DNA from: Clostridiales bacterium
Lineage (GTDB): Bacteria > Bacillota > Peptococcia > DRI-13 > UBA5745
Direction of reading: 5' to 3'
Length of the DNA stretch: 64,000 bases
NCBI GenBank assembly: GCA_038562165.1
Contig: JBCFAO010000001.1
Location: 34,527 to 98,526 of the forward strand
Shown here piece after piece: positions 8,955-18,997 of the stretch. Under the pieces are notes generated by a model. It did no database searches and was not told the DNA's origin. It was given only the letters and a program-made list of their open reading frames with translations. The translations under genes and the position numbers were made by a program. How positions within the stretch are numbered: the stretch's first letter is position 1; each line of letters starts with the position of its first letter.

Positions 8955-11900
8955 GTGCATATGTTTAACCAGAATATCTGGCTGGGCTTAGTTAATAACT
9001 CATCATGGTTATTGGCTCTTTTCGTCATTTACGAGATCAGCTGCTTTTGGGCTGGTAAAAATCATATTTTGGGCCAAATGGTCAGCGGCATGCTGATTTC
9101 CGCTATCTGTATAGCTGTTATGGCCTGGCCCTTTTCCCTGTTTGAAGGGATTCTCTTTGATACCCGCAGCATATTAATCAGCACCACAGCCCTGGCCTTC
9201 GGCGGCATTCCCGTCATGATCACGGCAGGTGCGGCAGCCTTTTTTCGCATAATTCAAGGGGGCTCCGGCACTGTAGCCGGCTTAGCCGCCATTGCCTCCA
9301 GCGCTATGATCGGTCTGCTCTGGCGGCGCTTTCCCATGCCCAAAACCAGAACCCTCAAGCTGCTGAATGTTTACCTGATGAGCCTGGTCACCCATTTGGC
9401 GATGATTCTGAATATGCTTTGGCTGCCGGCCGCTCACCGCTTCGCCGTAATTCAGCGCATTTCTTTGCCGGTAATGCTGATCTATCCCGTGGTCTCCGTA
9501 GTATTGAGCGTACTGCTTTTTTACCAGCAAGAACGCCGGCAGTATCAGGAAGGGCTGAAAAGCAACGAAGAAAAATACCGTCTGATTACGGAAAATGCCT
9601 CCGATGTGGTGTGGACTATGGATCTTGATCTGCGTGTCACCTATATCAGTCCGTCGGTGGAAAGGCTGTTAGGGGAATCGGCTTCCCAATATATGCAACG
9701 CCCCATTGAAGAAAGGTTTTCTCCGGAGACGCTAAAAAAAATCAGGAATCTCTACGCCCAGGAACTGGCCAAGGAGCAAGATCCGGCCTATCCCAAGGAC
9801 AGAACCTGCATAATCGAGCTGGAGCATTATAAAACCGACGGCACCACCCTCTGGCTCTCTATGCATATTGCTTTTTTCAGGGACGCCGGCGGCAACATCA
9901 TCGGTCTTCACGGCGTCAGCCGTGACATCACCAAGCAAAAAAACAGCGAGCAGGCACTGGATACCGAGAAAAAAAAGGCTCAGTTATACATCGAAATTGC
10001 TCCTGTCATCTTCCTTACCCTGGATACGGACATGAATGTTACGCTGATCAATCAGGAAGGCTGCAATATATTAGGGTTATCCAGAGATCAGATAACCGGC
10101 AAGAATTGGCCGGAGAATTTTGTTCCCCTCAAGCACCGGGCGGCCCTTTGCCAAATGATAAAAAACATGTTTGAAGGGGGCAACGAAAATTACAGAATCT
10201 ACGATAATTCCGTCATTACCGCCGACAATGGCGAACGGCTGATCTCCTGGCGCAACATAGCAATGAAGGATGATGAAGGCAATATCACCGGTATGCTGGC
10301 TTCCGGCATCGACATCACCTACCAAATGATCACCATCAATGCTCTCCAGGAAAACGAACGCAGCAAAAGGGTTTTGCTGGAGAATCTGCCGGGAATGGCT
10401 TACCGCTGCAAATATGACCGGGACTGGACCATGGAATTCGTCTCCATGGGCTGCCTGGACCTGACGGGCTACGAACCCGACAGCCTGCTTTTTAACCGGG
10501 ATCTATCCTTTAATGACTTAATCTTGCCAAAATATCATGAGTTTTTATGGAATAAATGGCAGGAAGCCGTGGCCAGCCATTCTATGTTTGAGGAGGAATA
10601 TGAGATTGTCTGTGCCGGCGGTGAAGTTAAATGGATTTGGGAGCAGGGCCAAGCCATTTATGATGACGGCGGCAGCGCCTTATGTCTGGAAGGCTTGATT
10701 ATCGATATTACGGACAGAAAGAAAAATGAAATTAAGCTCAAGTATTTAAGCGAGTGTGATTCTCTCACCGGCCTCTACAATTTGCGGTCCTTTGAAAACA
10801 TATATAAGAACAGACCGCCCTCCCCGGCGGCCGTCATGATGATCAATGTGCGCAGCTTCAGCGTCATCAACCGTATTTTTGGTTTTTCTTTCGGCAATAA
10901 ACTTATTCAGGATATCGCAGCCTGCCTGTCAAAATATTGCGCTGAAGGCCAGATACTTTTCCATACGGCCATTGACCGCTTTCTCCTTTACCTTCCCCAG
11001 CACGGTACCAAGCAGGAACTGATTTGCCTATGCGAAAATATTTTTAAATCTTTGGACGCCGCCGTCGGCGAAAAAATTGTCCGCTTCAGTATCGGCGTGC
11101 TGGAGCTGGAGGCCGATTGCGACTATAATGCGGAAAAGGTATTAAAGAACGTGTCCACGGCAGCGGAATACTCTCCCGACCATGGGAGGTTCGGTTTTTG
11201 TTTCTTCAGCAAAGAAATTGAGGAAAAACAGCAGCGGGAGGCGGTGGTCAGGCTATCCCTGGTGGAAACCCTGCACAATAGCAGCCCTGAGAATGACAGA
11301 TCCTTATATATGCTGTACCAGCCGATCATTGATTTAAGAACTAATAAAATCACGGGCTTTGAGGCTCTGGCCAGGTATATGCTGCCGAAATTAGGGGTGA
11401 TTTCCCCGGCGGAATTTATCCCCATAGCCGAAGCCTCCCAGCTCATGCTGCTTTTAGGCAAAAGATTGATGCGCATGGCTTTGGAATTCTCCGTCCACCT
11501 GGCCCGGCAAGGCCATGCTTCCATCACCTTATCCTTTAATATTTCAGCCATCCAGATTCTCAGCGAAACCTTTTTAGAGGATTTAGCCCAATTGCTGGAG
11601 GAAACCGGCGCCGATCCCCGCAATCTGAATGTGGAGATTACAGAATCCGTCTTTTCCGACAATTATCAAAAAATCAATGAGAAATTGGGTCAAATCAAAG
11701 CCATGGGCATGCGGGTCTCCATCGACGATTTCGGCACCGGTTATTCCTCCTTAGCCCGGGTTAATGAGCTGAATATTAATTGCCTGAAAATAGACAAGTA
11801 TTTCATCGACAAACTGCTGAGCACTCAGCCGGAAAATGCTATAACCGGCGACATCATTTCCATGGCTCACAAGCTGGGCCACTGCATCGTAGCCGAAGGC

Positions 11901-12023
11901 GTGGAGCAAGAGCAGCAAAAGCAATATCTGGTCGAGCATGACTGCGACATGATGCAGGGCTACTTGTTCAGCAAACCGCTGGCTCCGGGGGCCGCCCTGG
12001 AGCTTTTGCAGCAGACCAATTGA
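8955..12023 (+). CDS. Membrane (5TM-LytS-like) 3xPAS, degenerate GGDEF, EAL c-di-GMP phosphodiesterase
   Basis: FDTRSIL N-terminal TM region; PAS repeats; DSLTGLYN with AIDRF at the GGDEF position; EALAR and DDFGTGYSSL. Confidence 0.9.
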   Translation: MHMFNQNIWLGLVNNSSWLLALFVIYEISCFWAGKNHILGQMVSGMLISAICIAVMAWPFSLFEGILFDTRSILISTTALAFGGIPVMITAGAAAFFRIIQGGSGTVAGLAAIASSAMIGLLWRRFPMPKTRTLKLLNVYLMSLVTHLAMILNMLWLPAAHRFAVIQRISLPVMLIYPVVSVVLSVLLFYQQERRQYQEGLKSNEEKYRLITENASDVVWTMDLDLRVTYISPSVERLLGESASQYMQRPIEERFSPETLKKIRNLYAQELAKEQDPAYPKDRTCIIELEHYKTDGTTLWLSMHIAFFRDAGGNIIGLHGVSRDITKQKNSEQALDTEKKKAQLYIEIAPVIFLTLDTDMNVTLINQEGCNILGLSRDQITGKNWPENFVPLKHRAALCQMIKNMFEGGNENYRIYDNSVITADNGERLISWRNIAMKDDEGNITGMLASGIDITYQMITINALQENERSKRVLLENLPGMAYRCKYDRDWTMEFVSMGCLDLTGYEPDSLLFNRDLSFNDLILPKYHEFLWNKWQEAVASHSMFEEEYEIVCAGGEVKWIWEQGQAIYDDGGSALCLEGLIIDITDRKKNEIKLKYLSECDSLTGLYNLRSFENIYKNRPPSPAAVMMINVRSFSVINRIFGFSFGNKLIQDIAACLSKYCAEGQILFHTAIDRFLLYLPQHGTKQELICLCENIFKSLDAAVGEKIVRFSIGVLELEADCDYNAEKVLKNVSTAAEYSPDHGRFGFCFFSKEIEEKQQREAVVRLSLVETLHNSSPENDRSLYMLYQPIIDLRTNKITGFEALARYMLPKLGVISPAEFIPIAEASQLMLLLGKRLMRMALEFSVHLARQGHASITLSFNISAIQILSETFLEDLAQLLEETGADPRNLNVEITESVFSDNYQKINEKLGQIKAMGMRVSIDDFGTGYSSLARVNELNINCLKIDKYFIDKLLSTQPENAITGDIISMAHKLGHCIVAEGVEQEQQKQYLVEHDCDMMQGYLFSKPLAPGAALELLQQTN

Positions 12024-12075
12024 TTAGCGGACAGCCTTATCCGGAGGAAAACTTAAATTTTGCCGCAGCAAGAAG

Positions 12076-12128
12076 CGGGCGCCTCTCTTGAATCTGACCA
12101 GATCCAAAAGAGACGCCCGCTTTTTTTT
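12076..12128 (+). terminator. Intrinsic terminator between convergent genes
   Basis: GCGGGCGCCTCTCTTG...CAAAAGAGACGCCCGC followed by T8. Confidence 0.75.
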
Positions 12129-12155
12129 ATACAGCCGCATACGGAGGTCCTGGCT

Positions 12156-13361
12156 CTATAACCAGGATTCGTCCTCTTCCTCCCGCAGCAATTCCACTTC
12201 CAGGATTTCTCCTGCCCGATGCCCCTCAAGGCCCAGCTTGCTGATGTATTGGGCCGGCGCAGCCAGAGTTTCCGCCATATGAGCCCCCCGGAAGGACACT
12301 TGGGCCGTCCGGTAGCCTTCCCGGGTTTTTTCCAGCCGCATCTTGCACAAAAACTCCATGTCCGGATTACCGATTAGATCCTCCGTCAAAACCGCCTTTA
12401 CGGTTTTGCGTTTCGGCATGGGTTGCCGGATAAATTGGTTAACGGCCCAACGGATACACCATTCCAAGCCATAATAAGACCCAATGGAGGGGCCCGGCAG
12501 GTTTACCGCCAGCTTGCCGTTAATAACAGCTATAGACAGGGGCTTACCGGGGGCGGCGGCTATGCCGTGGCACAGCAAATCACCCTTTTGGGCCAGGGCC
12601 CTGGTGTTATAATCTTCTTTGCCTTTAGAAGAACCGCCGTTGATGATGACAATATCAGCACTTTGCAAAGCTTCATCCAGGGCCTTATCTATGGCGGCAG
12701 GATCATCTTTGACAATAGGCAGGCACAAAGGCGCAGCCCCCAGCTCTTCCAGCATGGTTCTTACCAAAATCGTATTGGAGTCGATGATCTGCCCTCTTTG
12801 CAGCCGGCTGCCCGCCGGTACCAGCTCGCTGCCTGTAGGGATAAAGGCCACCACCGGCTTGCGAAACACCTCCACCGTCATAACGCCTGCCGCCGCCAGC
12901 AGGGAAAGATCACAGGGAGTCAGCTTCGTCTTAGCGGGCAGAATCAGCTCTCCCCGGGTCATTCTGCTGCCGCAGGGACTGACATTCATACCCGGCGTAA
13001 CCGTAAGCCCCGGCTCAAAGACAAGGCCCCCTTCATCGGTAAAAGTGACCGCTTCAATAGCAATTACACTATCATAAGCATCAGCAAAATCATCGCCGGT
13101 ATCGGCCCGCACATATTCTTTTCCTTCCTTCCAGCCGCTGGCATCGGGAAGGCCGCCGGCAAACAACCGGCTATTTACGGCGACACCATCCATACGGGAG
13201 GCCCTGACCACCGGCAGATTATGGGCAGCCAGCACATCGGCAGACAGCACCCGGCCATAAGCTTGCTCAACGGAAATTTTCTTCGTTGCTACAGTGGGCT
13301 GCCAAACCTCTTTCAGACGCTTCAGCACTTCTTTTCTTGTGGGAAGATTGGTCCATTCCAT
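12156..13361 (-). CDS. moeA: Molybdopterin molybdotransferase MoeA family
   Basis: SRMDGVAV, TGSEL, DSN, GGSSKGKEDY, PGKP, NLPGP. Confidence 0.85.
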   Translation of the reverse strand: MEWTNLPTRKEVLKRLKEVWQPTVATKKISVEQAYGRVLSADVLAAHNLPVVRASRMDGVAVNSRLFAGGLPDASGWKEGKEYVRADTGDDFADAYDSVIAIEAVTFTDEGGLVFEPGLTVTPGMNVSPCGSRMTRGELILPAKTKLTPCDLSLLAAAGVMTVEVFRKPVVAFIPTGSELVPAGSRLQRGQIIDSNTILVRTMLEELGAAPLCLPIVKDDPAAIDKALDEALQSADIVIINGGSSKGKEDYNTRALAQKGDLLCHGIAAAPGKPLSIAVINGKLAVNLPGPSIGSYYGLEWCIRWAVNQFIRQPMPKRKTVKAVLTEDLIGNPDMEFLCKMRLEKTREGYRTAQVSFRGAHMAETLAAPAQYISKLGLEGHRAGEILEVELLREEEDESWL

Positions 13362-13390
13362 GCTTTTATTCTCCTTTATCTATATGATGA

Positions 13391-14290
13391 TTATCGTTTC
13401 TCCTGCTTGCGCACATCCCACAAAATCCAGCCATAGACCGTTTTTGCCCGGAGCTCCATCTTGCCTCCCCTGGCCTGGCCTTGCAGATAACCGTAGATGC
13501 GGGCGGACTCTCCCAAGGCCTGGGGGATTTTTTTGCCCAAGGCCCGGCTATAATGCTCAGCCAATTCCCGGCTGACTTCCACTTCGTTATTCTTGAACTG
13601 TTCATGGTAAGTGGTCTCCGGATAATAACCCATAAGCCACAGCAGGTTAAAAAGAGCATAAAACCATCTGCCGTCCCAAACCGGCGCCGCCGGCCGGCCA
13701 TATAGGCCTGTAGTAAGCATTTCTTCGATATTGTCGGAGCCATAAACAAAAGTGCTATTAAAGCAGTAAGCCTTGCTCAGGCTGATGATTTTTTCCAGCC
13801 CATTCATGCCGTCAATAGCCGGCGTCAGCGACGAAAAGACCAAATCAAACCGCTGCCCGACTCCCAGCCCGGCCAAATCCGCCTGCTGAAAATTGCATTG
13901 GACAAATTCTATATTGGCCAGCCCTTTTTTCTCTGCCGCTAAAGCGGCATATTTCAGCATTTCCGCAGAAATATCCGTAGCCACCACAGACTTGACGTAT
14001 TTGGCAAACTCCGCCGCAAATTGCCCCGGACCGCAGCCCACATCAATTACTGCAGCGTCCCTATGCAAGATGCCTTTGCTCAAAAAATAATTTACGGTTT
14101 CAGTCACCCGTTCATCCAACCGGCCTTTTTTCTTTGTTTGGCTTTCCAACTCCCTTATCCAGGAGCCGGCTTTTTTATCCCATTGCTCCTGGGTGGCTTT
14201 ACTGGGCTGTTCGCTTTTGTTGGTCCACAGATCGGTAAAATAGGCAAGATCCTGCTGAAAATTTACCCCGGTAAAATTCGCCTCCGTCAT
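13391..14290 (-). CDS. Class I SAM-dependent methyltransferase
   Basis: VIDVGCGPG motif I; DISAEML; FDLVFS. Confidence 0.9.
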   Translation of the reverse strand: MTEANFTGVNFQQDLAYFTDLWTNKSEQPSKATQEQWDKKAGSWIRELESQTKKKGRLDERVTETVNYFLSKGILHRDAAVIDVGCGPGQFAAEFAKYVKSVVATDISAEMLKYAALAAEKKGLANIEFVQCNFQQADLAGLGVGQRFDLVFSSLTPAIDGMNGLEKIISLSKAYCFNSTFVYGSDNIEEMLTTGLYGRPAAPVWDGRWFYALFNLLWLMGYYPETTYHEQFKNNEVEVSRELAEHYSRALGKKIPQALGESARIYGYLQGQARGGKMELRAKTVYGWILWDVRKQEKR

Positions 14291-14322
14291 ATTAAGCTCC
14301 TTTTTAATAAAAATCTGCCCGG

Positions 14323-15102
14323 TTACAGCTTAGGGGAGACACAGGCAGTGCGGTCAAGCTCCTCTATATCCAAGAGATGCAATTGGGCCTGGTAAATACC
14401 GGCCAGGCGCGGCTCCGTAATGATATCCCCTACCTCGCCTATGCTAAAATGGCCCTCATATTCCATAGTGGCTACTTTGCCTCCCAAAAGCAGCACATGG
14501 TCCGGATTATGGGTGGTTAAAATTACGGCATAGCCCTCAGCCGCCAATTTTTTGATCATGCGCAGGGTGATCATTTGCCGGCCATAATCCAGATGGGAGG
14601 TGGGCTCATCAAAAAGCAGGACTTTCGGCCGGTGGATTACCGCCCTGGCTATCATTGCCTGCTGCTGTTCGCCGCCGCTTAAATAAATATAGGGTTTGTC
14701 CGCCAAATGGACAATATGAAACATCTCTAAAATATGCAAGGCCCTGGTATGATCCTCTTTTGCCGGCCGGCTGAATAAGTTTTTTGTCGAGGCGCAGCCC
14801 ATAAGCACAAAATCCAAAACCGTATAAGCAAAGACGGGATTATGGCTTTGCTGCACATAACCGATTTGCCGGGCAATCTCTTTTTCCGTCAGGCTCCTTA
14901 TATTGCGGCCTGCCAAAAAGATATTGCCCTTTTGGGGCTTAAGAATGCCTATTAAACTATTGAGCAGGGTGCTTTTGCCGGCGCCGTTAGGGCCCAATAT
15001 AGAGAGGATCTCCCCCTCCTTAAGCTCAAAACTGCAATTGCGGTAAATTGTCCGGGAGCTGCCTGGATAAGCAAAGCTTATGTTTTCCACCTGATAAATC
15101 AT
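14323..15102 (-). CDS. Fe-siderophore/cobalamin-type ABC ATP-binding protein
   Basis: GPNGAGKST, LSGGEQQ, DEPTSHLD. Confidence 0.92.
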   Translation of the reverse strand: MIYQVENISFAYPGSSRTIYRNCSFELKEGEILSILGPNGAGKSTLLNSLIGILKPQKGNIFLAGRNIRSLTEKEIARQIGYVQQSHNPVFAYTVLDFVLMGCASTKNLFSRPAKEDHTRALHILEMFHIVHLADKPYIYLSGGEQQQAMIARAVIHRPKVLLFDEPTSHLDYGRQMITLRMIKKLAAEGYAVILTTHNPDHVLLLGGKVATMEYEGHFSIGEVGDIITEPRLAGIYQAQLHLLDIEELDRTACVSPKL

Positions 15103-15111
15103 AGCGTACCC

Positions 15112-16161
15112 CTAGCTTAACCTCGTATGGTTTTTATATAGGAGCCAAGCGTAGAAAGGCGCTCCTATCAATCCGGTAATAATACTTAGGGGCAGTTCCG
15201 TTTTGGCAATGGTGCGCCCCAAGGTATCGGCAAACAGCAGAAACAATCCCCCCAAAAGGGCGGAGGCCGGCAGCAGGCGGCGGTTGTCAGGACCTATCAG
15301 CATTCTGCCTAAATGGGGAATAACCAGCCCCACCCAGCCGATAGTACCGCTGATGGAGACGGAGCTGGCCGTTAAAACCGTGGCGCAAAGAATAGTGACG
15401 CCTCGAAGCTGCGCCACATTGGCCCCCAGGGCTTGGGCATCTTTTTCGCCCAAGGACAAAATATTGATCCACCAGGCCAGCCCCAGCAATACGGTCATGG
15501 AAACAGCCATGGGGACCAGCACATAGGCCAGGGACCGGAAATTGATGTTGGCTACGCTGCCCATTTGCCAATAAGTTATGGCCGGCAACTGGGTGGTGGG
15601 ATCGGCTATGTATTTGAGGAGCCCCATAATGGACCCCATAGCGCCGCCTACAATCACCCCGGATAGCACCAAAACAATAGCGGAACGGCTGTGCAACAGC
15701 CGGGGCAGCAGCGTCGTCAAGGCTACCGCCAATATGCCGCCGGCTAAAGCGAAAGCCTGTATAGCCAGAGAATGAAAGCCTAATAAAATAGCAATAGCTG
15801 CACCAACGCAAGCGCCGGCGGAAACCCCCAGAAAATCCGGGGATACCAGGGGATTGCGAAAGACCCCCTGGTAAGTTGCCCCGGAAATGGACAAGGAAGC
15901 GCCGATAACTACCGCCGATAATACCCGGGGCAGCCTGAGGCCCATGACCACATTTTCCGTCATGGCGTCCCAATCGCCCTGCCATCCCAGGATATTATAG
16001 AACACAATCTTCAGGCTTTCGCTGAAGCTGACGGGGTATTTGCCCACGCAAAGGGCCAGAAAGATACCCAGGCAGACGGCTGCAATAAGTATTAAGTTGA
16101 AAGGTAGAGATTTGCCGGATTTAGCAAATCCAAGAGATTTGAGGGCCTGCACTTTTTTCAT
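15112..16161 (-). CDS. FecCD/BtuC-family ABC permease
   Basis: LRLPR, FRNPLVSPDFLGVSAGA, IGWVGLVIPH. Confidence 0.93.
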   Translation of the reverse strand: MKKVQALKSLGFAKSGKSLPFNLILIAAVCLGIFLALCVGKYPVSFSESLKIVFYNILGWQGDWDAMTENVVMGLRLPRVLSAVVIGASLSISGATYQGVFRNPLVSPDFLGVSAGACVGAAIAILLGFHSLAIQAFALAGGILAVALTTLLPRLLHSRSAIVLVLSGVIVGGAMGSIMGLLKYIADPTTQLPAITYWQMGSVANINFRSLAYVLVPMAVSMTVLLGLAWWINILSLGEKDAQALGANVAQLRGVTILCATVLTASSVSISGTIGWVGLVIPHLGRMLIGPDNRRLLPASALLGGLFLLFADTLGRTIAKTELPLSIITGLIGAPFYAWLLYKNHTRLS

Positions 16162-16170
16162 GCTGATGGC

Positions 16171-17232
16171 TTACTTGTCCAGGGCAGACCGCTCGATATC
16201 CAGATTATAAACCGTCTTATAAAAATCGGACACCAGCTTGTCCATTTCTTCTTCACTATATTGTTCGGGGTAGAGCTTCATCATGGACCATACGGTACCC
16301 AGGCAAGTAGCCATACCGGGATTTTCCCAGTTGTGCAATTTGCTTGGCAGCTCATAGATACGGCCATTTTTTACTGCGGCCAGATCAGCCCACACGGGAT
16401 CCTGCAAAATTTCTTCAGCGGTATATTTGGCCTGCCGGGAGATAAAAATCACATCGGGATTCCATTCGAAAACCTGCTCAACGCCTACCTCCGGCCAGAA
16501 TTCTTCCGCAGCAATAGCGGCAGCCTTGTTTACACCGCCGCCATTGATAATCATCTCTGATTGCATCATGCTGCCGTCGGCTACCTTGCCTTTTTCCGCG
16601 CCCAGCAAAACAAAGGTGGGCCGCTGATTCTCGGGAATATTGCCGATGCGGTTCGTGGCAATCTTTACCGTATTGCGGTAATATTCCTCAAGCATAATCG
16701 CCCGCCCTTCATTGCCGGTTGCTTTACCAACCAAATGATAAGCCTCCAGCGTGGCGTCGATGTCCTCGGGGTCGATTTGAATCATCGGTATGCCCAATCT
16801 TTCTATGGCGTCGATGTTCTCTTTATCGGCTACGGTGTGGATAAATAAATCAGGATTCAATGCCGCCAGCTTTTCCATATCCGGCCGGCCCCGTCCCACG
16901 GTTTGCAGGTTGGGAATCCCAGGCAGCACCATGATCTGAAAATCGTCATGGGGTCCGATGGAAGCCAGCTTATCGCCCAATCCCATAGCCAGTACGAAAT
17001 CGTTAGCCATATACCAGCATACGGAAATAGTTTTCACATCTCCTACTTCCACAGTTCGTCCGGCTTGATCCGTAATAGTCACAACCTGAGGCTGCTGGGG
17101 AGCCGCCGGTTCGGTGGCAGCGGTAGGCTCCGTGGCAACCGGGGAAGCCGGGGGAGCGGAGGTGCCGCTGCCGCAAGCGGCTAAGGAAATGGCCAGGATA
17201 ATTGAGAATAGACCAATGATTATTTTTTTCAT
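16171..17232 (-). CDS. FecB/BtuF-family ABC substrate-binding lipoprotein
   Basis: Lipobox LAAC; TDQAGRTV; EKLAALNPDL; AVKNGRIY. Confidence 0.9.
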   Translation of the reverse strand: MKKIIIGLFSIILAISLAACGSGTSAPPASPVATEPTAATEPAAPQQPQVVTITDQAGRTVEVGDVKTISVCWYMANDFVLAMGLGDKLASIGPHDDFQIMVLPGIPNLQTVGRGRPDMEKLAALNPDLFIHTVADKENIDAIERLGIPMIQIDPEDIDATLEAYHLVGKATGNEGRAIMLEEYYRNTVKIATNRIGNIPENQRPTFVLLGAEKGKVADGSMMQSEMIINGGGVNKAAAIAAEEFWPEVGVEQVFEWNPDVIFISRQAKYTAEEILQDPVWADLAAVKNGRIYELPSKLHNWENPGMATCLGTVWSMMKLYPEQYSEEEMDKLVSDFYKTVYNLDIERSALDK

Positions 17233-17380
17233 TTGTACCCTCCATTACTCGTATGGTTTTTGAAAATAATTCGATAGATGTATTTTAGCACAATTTTCCA
17301 CGCTTGTCATGGGATTTAAATAAGAAAACCCGCGGCAAGGGCGGGCAGGCAGTGTGGCCGGAGGGGCAGGCGGGCAGTGG

Positions 17381-17462
17381 CCCCCGTTTGATTAGGAAAT
17401 GTGCAAAATTGCAGGTTTGTTACCCCGTTTGTTTGGAAATGTGCAAAATTGCAATTTTGCAC
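17381..17462. repeat. Dispersed repeat family, locus 1: two 40-bp-period units; the second forms a perfect 22-bp palindrome
   Basis: GTGCAAAATTGCAGGTTTGT at 17401; GTGCAAAATTGCAATTTTGCAC at 17441-17462. Confidence 0.85.
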
Positions 17463-17592
17463 GGTGGACGGCCCCCATTGCTGTAAATTGCATAGGCTGG
17501 ACCGGCCCTTCAAAGGAAATTTTGCCTTTTCCAGGTGATTTAAGGTTGTGCCGCAGCCGGTTCGGAATTTGAAATTTAAGTGTGTCCTCGTC

Positions 17593-17949
17593 TTAATCAG
17601 TCACAATTGCCACCATATAAACCATGGCATCAGGGCCCGGGTTCCGCATTTGCTGCTCATCTTCTGTCCCCGACACGATAGCACAGTCACCGGGCAATAA
17701 AGTATGCTCCTCTCCGCTATTATCTTTATAGAGGCAAACGCCTTCCAAAATGCAGACAGCCTCGGTTTTACCCGTATGATTGTGACGGCCAATAGTGGCT
17801 CCGGCTGGGACAGTCACTCTGGCAAACATATGAAAGCGTGGGTTATTGTGGTCTTGCTTTTCTATGCCGTGAGTAATAGTAATTTGTCCCTGGCCGCCAT
17901 ATTGGTTTTCCTTCAATTCCACCCGCTGCTCCGCCTTTTTTCTGATCAT
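17593..17949 (-). CDS. Cupin domain protein
   Basis: GATIGRHNHTGKTE..CILEG; LLPGD. Confidence 0.85.
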   Translation of the reverse strand: MIRKKAEQRVELKENQYGGQGQITITHGIEKQDHNNPRFHMFARVTVPAGATIGRHNHTGKTEAVCILEGVCLYKDNSGEEHTLLPGDCAIVSGTEDEQQMRNPGPDAMVYMVAIVTD

Positions 17950-18262
17950 TTCTGTCCCTCCTGCTATAATCTTATATTCGATTGATTTACTCTACCTTAT
18001 CTTACCATAAAAAGAATCGTTGAGGTATAGCAGGCGGCATCCGTCGAAATTTCTCGTCAAAAACAACACCGATAAGAAAAAAAGTTACCGGTGTTGTTGG
18101 AAATATTTTCTTGTCAGTCAGTGCCGGCGCATAGTAAAATAAGGTAGAGTTGCCCCTTGAGCGGCCGGTTCATTTCCTCTAAAGACTTTTACTTTATACA
18201 TCAGGAATGATTTTTCCTGGTTTTTCCTATATAATTAGTACAATTAGCAAGGAGAATGGAAA

Positions 18263-18997
18263 ATGGACATACGGGTACATAGTATAGGCGGATATATCAC
18301 CCAAAATTATTTGCTGGAAACAGCCCTGGGCTGGATTGCCATAGATACGGGCTATCCCGGCGGTGAAGAGAAATTCCTGAAACGTCTGGCCCGGTTTTGC
18401 AGGCCCGAGGATTTGAAATACATCTTCCTGACCCACGCCCATGACGATCACGCGGGATTTCTGGCGGCCCTGCTGGAAGCAGTCCCGGCAAAGGTAGTAC
18501 TGCATCCGGCGGCCGTGCCCAGTCTGGAAGCGGGCGAAAATGCGGAACCGGCAGGCAGCGGTTATGCCACCCGGGTGGGCGCTTTATTTGGCCTTGTCAA
18601 AAAATCCTTTACCTTCCCGCCTGTTCATTTGGGGGATAGAGCCGTTTTTGTGCAGAAGGAGGATGACCAGTTTTTTGAGGAACTGGGCCTGCCTTTGCGC
18701 ATTGTCTTTCTGCCAGGCCATACTGCAGATTCCATCGGTCTTTTCCTGCCGCAAACCGGTCAGCTCTTTTGCGGTGACGCCGCCATGAACGCCTTGATCA
18801 GCTTAGGGCGGCATACCATATGGATTGATGATGTCTCTGAATTTCAGAGGTCTTGGGATAAGATGATCGCCCTGAAACCGGTACGGATTTACCCCAGCCA
18901 CGGCACACCTTTTTCGCCAAAAGATTTGCTGAAATACCGCCGGTTTATGGATGGCCGCCCGGTCATCCAGCCCAATAACCAGCCCAATAAAAGGTAA
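18263..18997 (+). CDS. MBL-fold metallo-hydrolase
   Basis: THAHDDHAG, PGHT, GDA, PSHG. Confidence 0.92.
   Translation: MDIRVHSIGGYITQNYLLETALGWIAIDTGYPGGEEKFLKRLARFCRPEDLKYIFLTHAHDDHAGFLAALLEAVPAKVVLHPAAVPSLEAGENAEPAGSGYATRVGALFGLVKKSFTFPPVHLGDRAVFVQKEDDQFFEELGLPLRIVFLPGHTADSIGLFLPQTGQLFCGDAAMNALISLGRHTIWIDDVSEFQRSWDKMIALKPVRIYPSHGTPFSPKDLLKYRRFMDGRPVIQPNNQPNKR

Noticed and set aside
12423-13436. Long antisense ORFs (also 50744-51841, 54852-55976, 59106-59945)
   Set aside because: Shadow frames of well-supported genes on the opposite strand.
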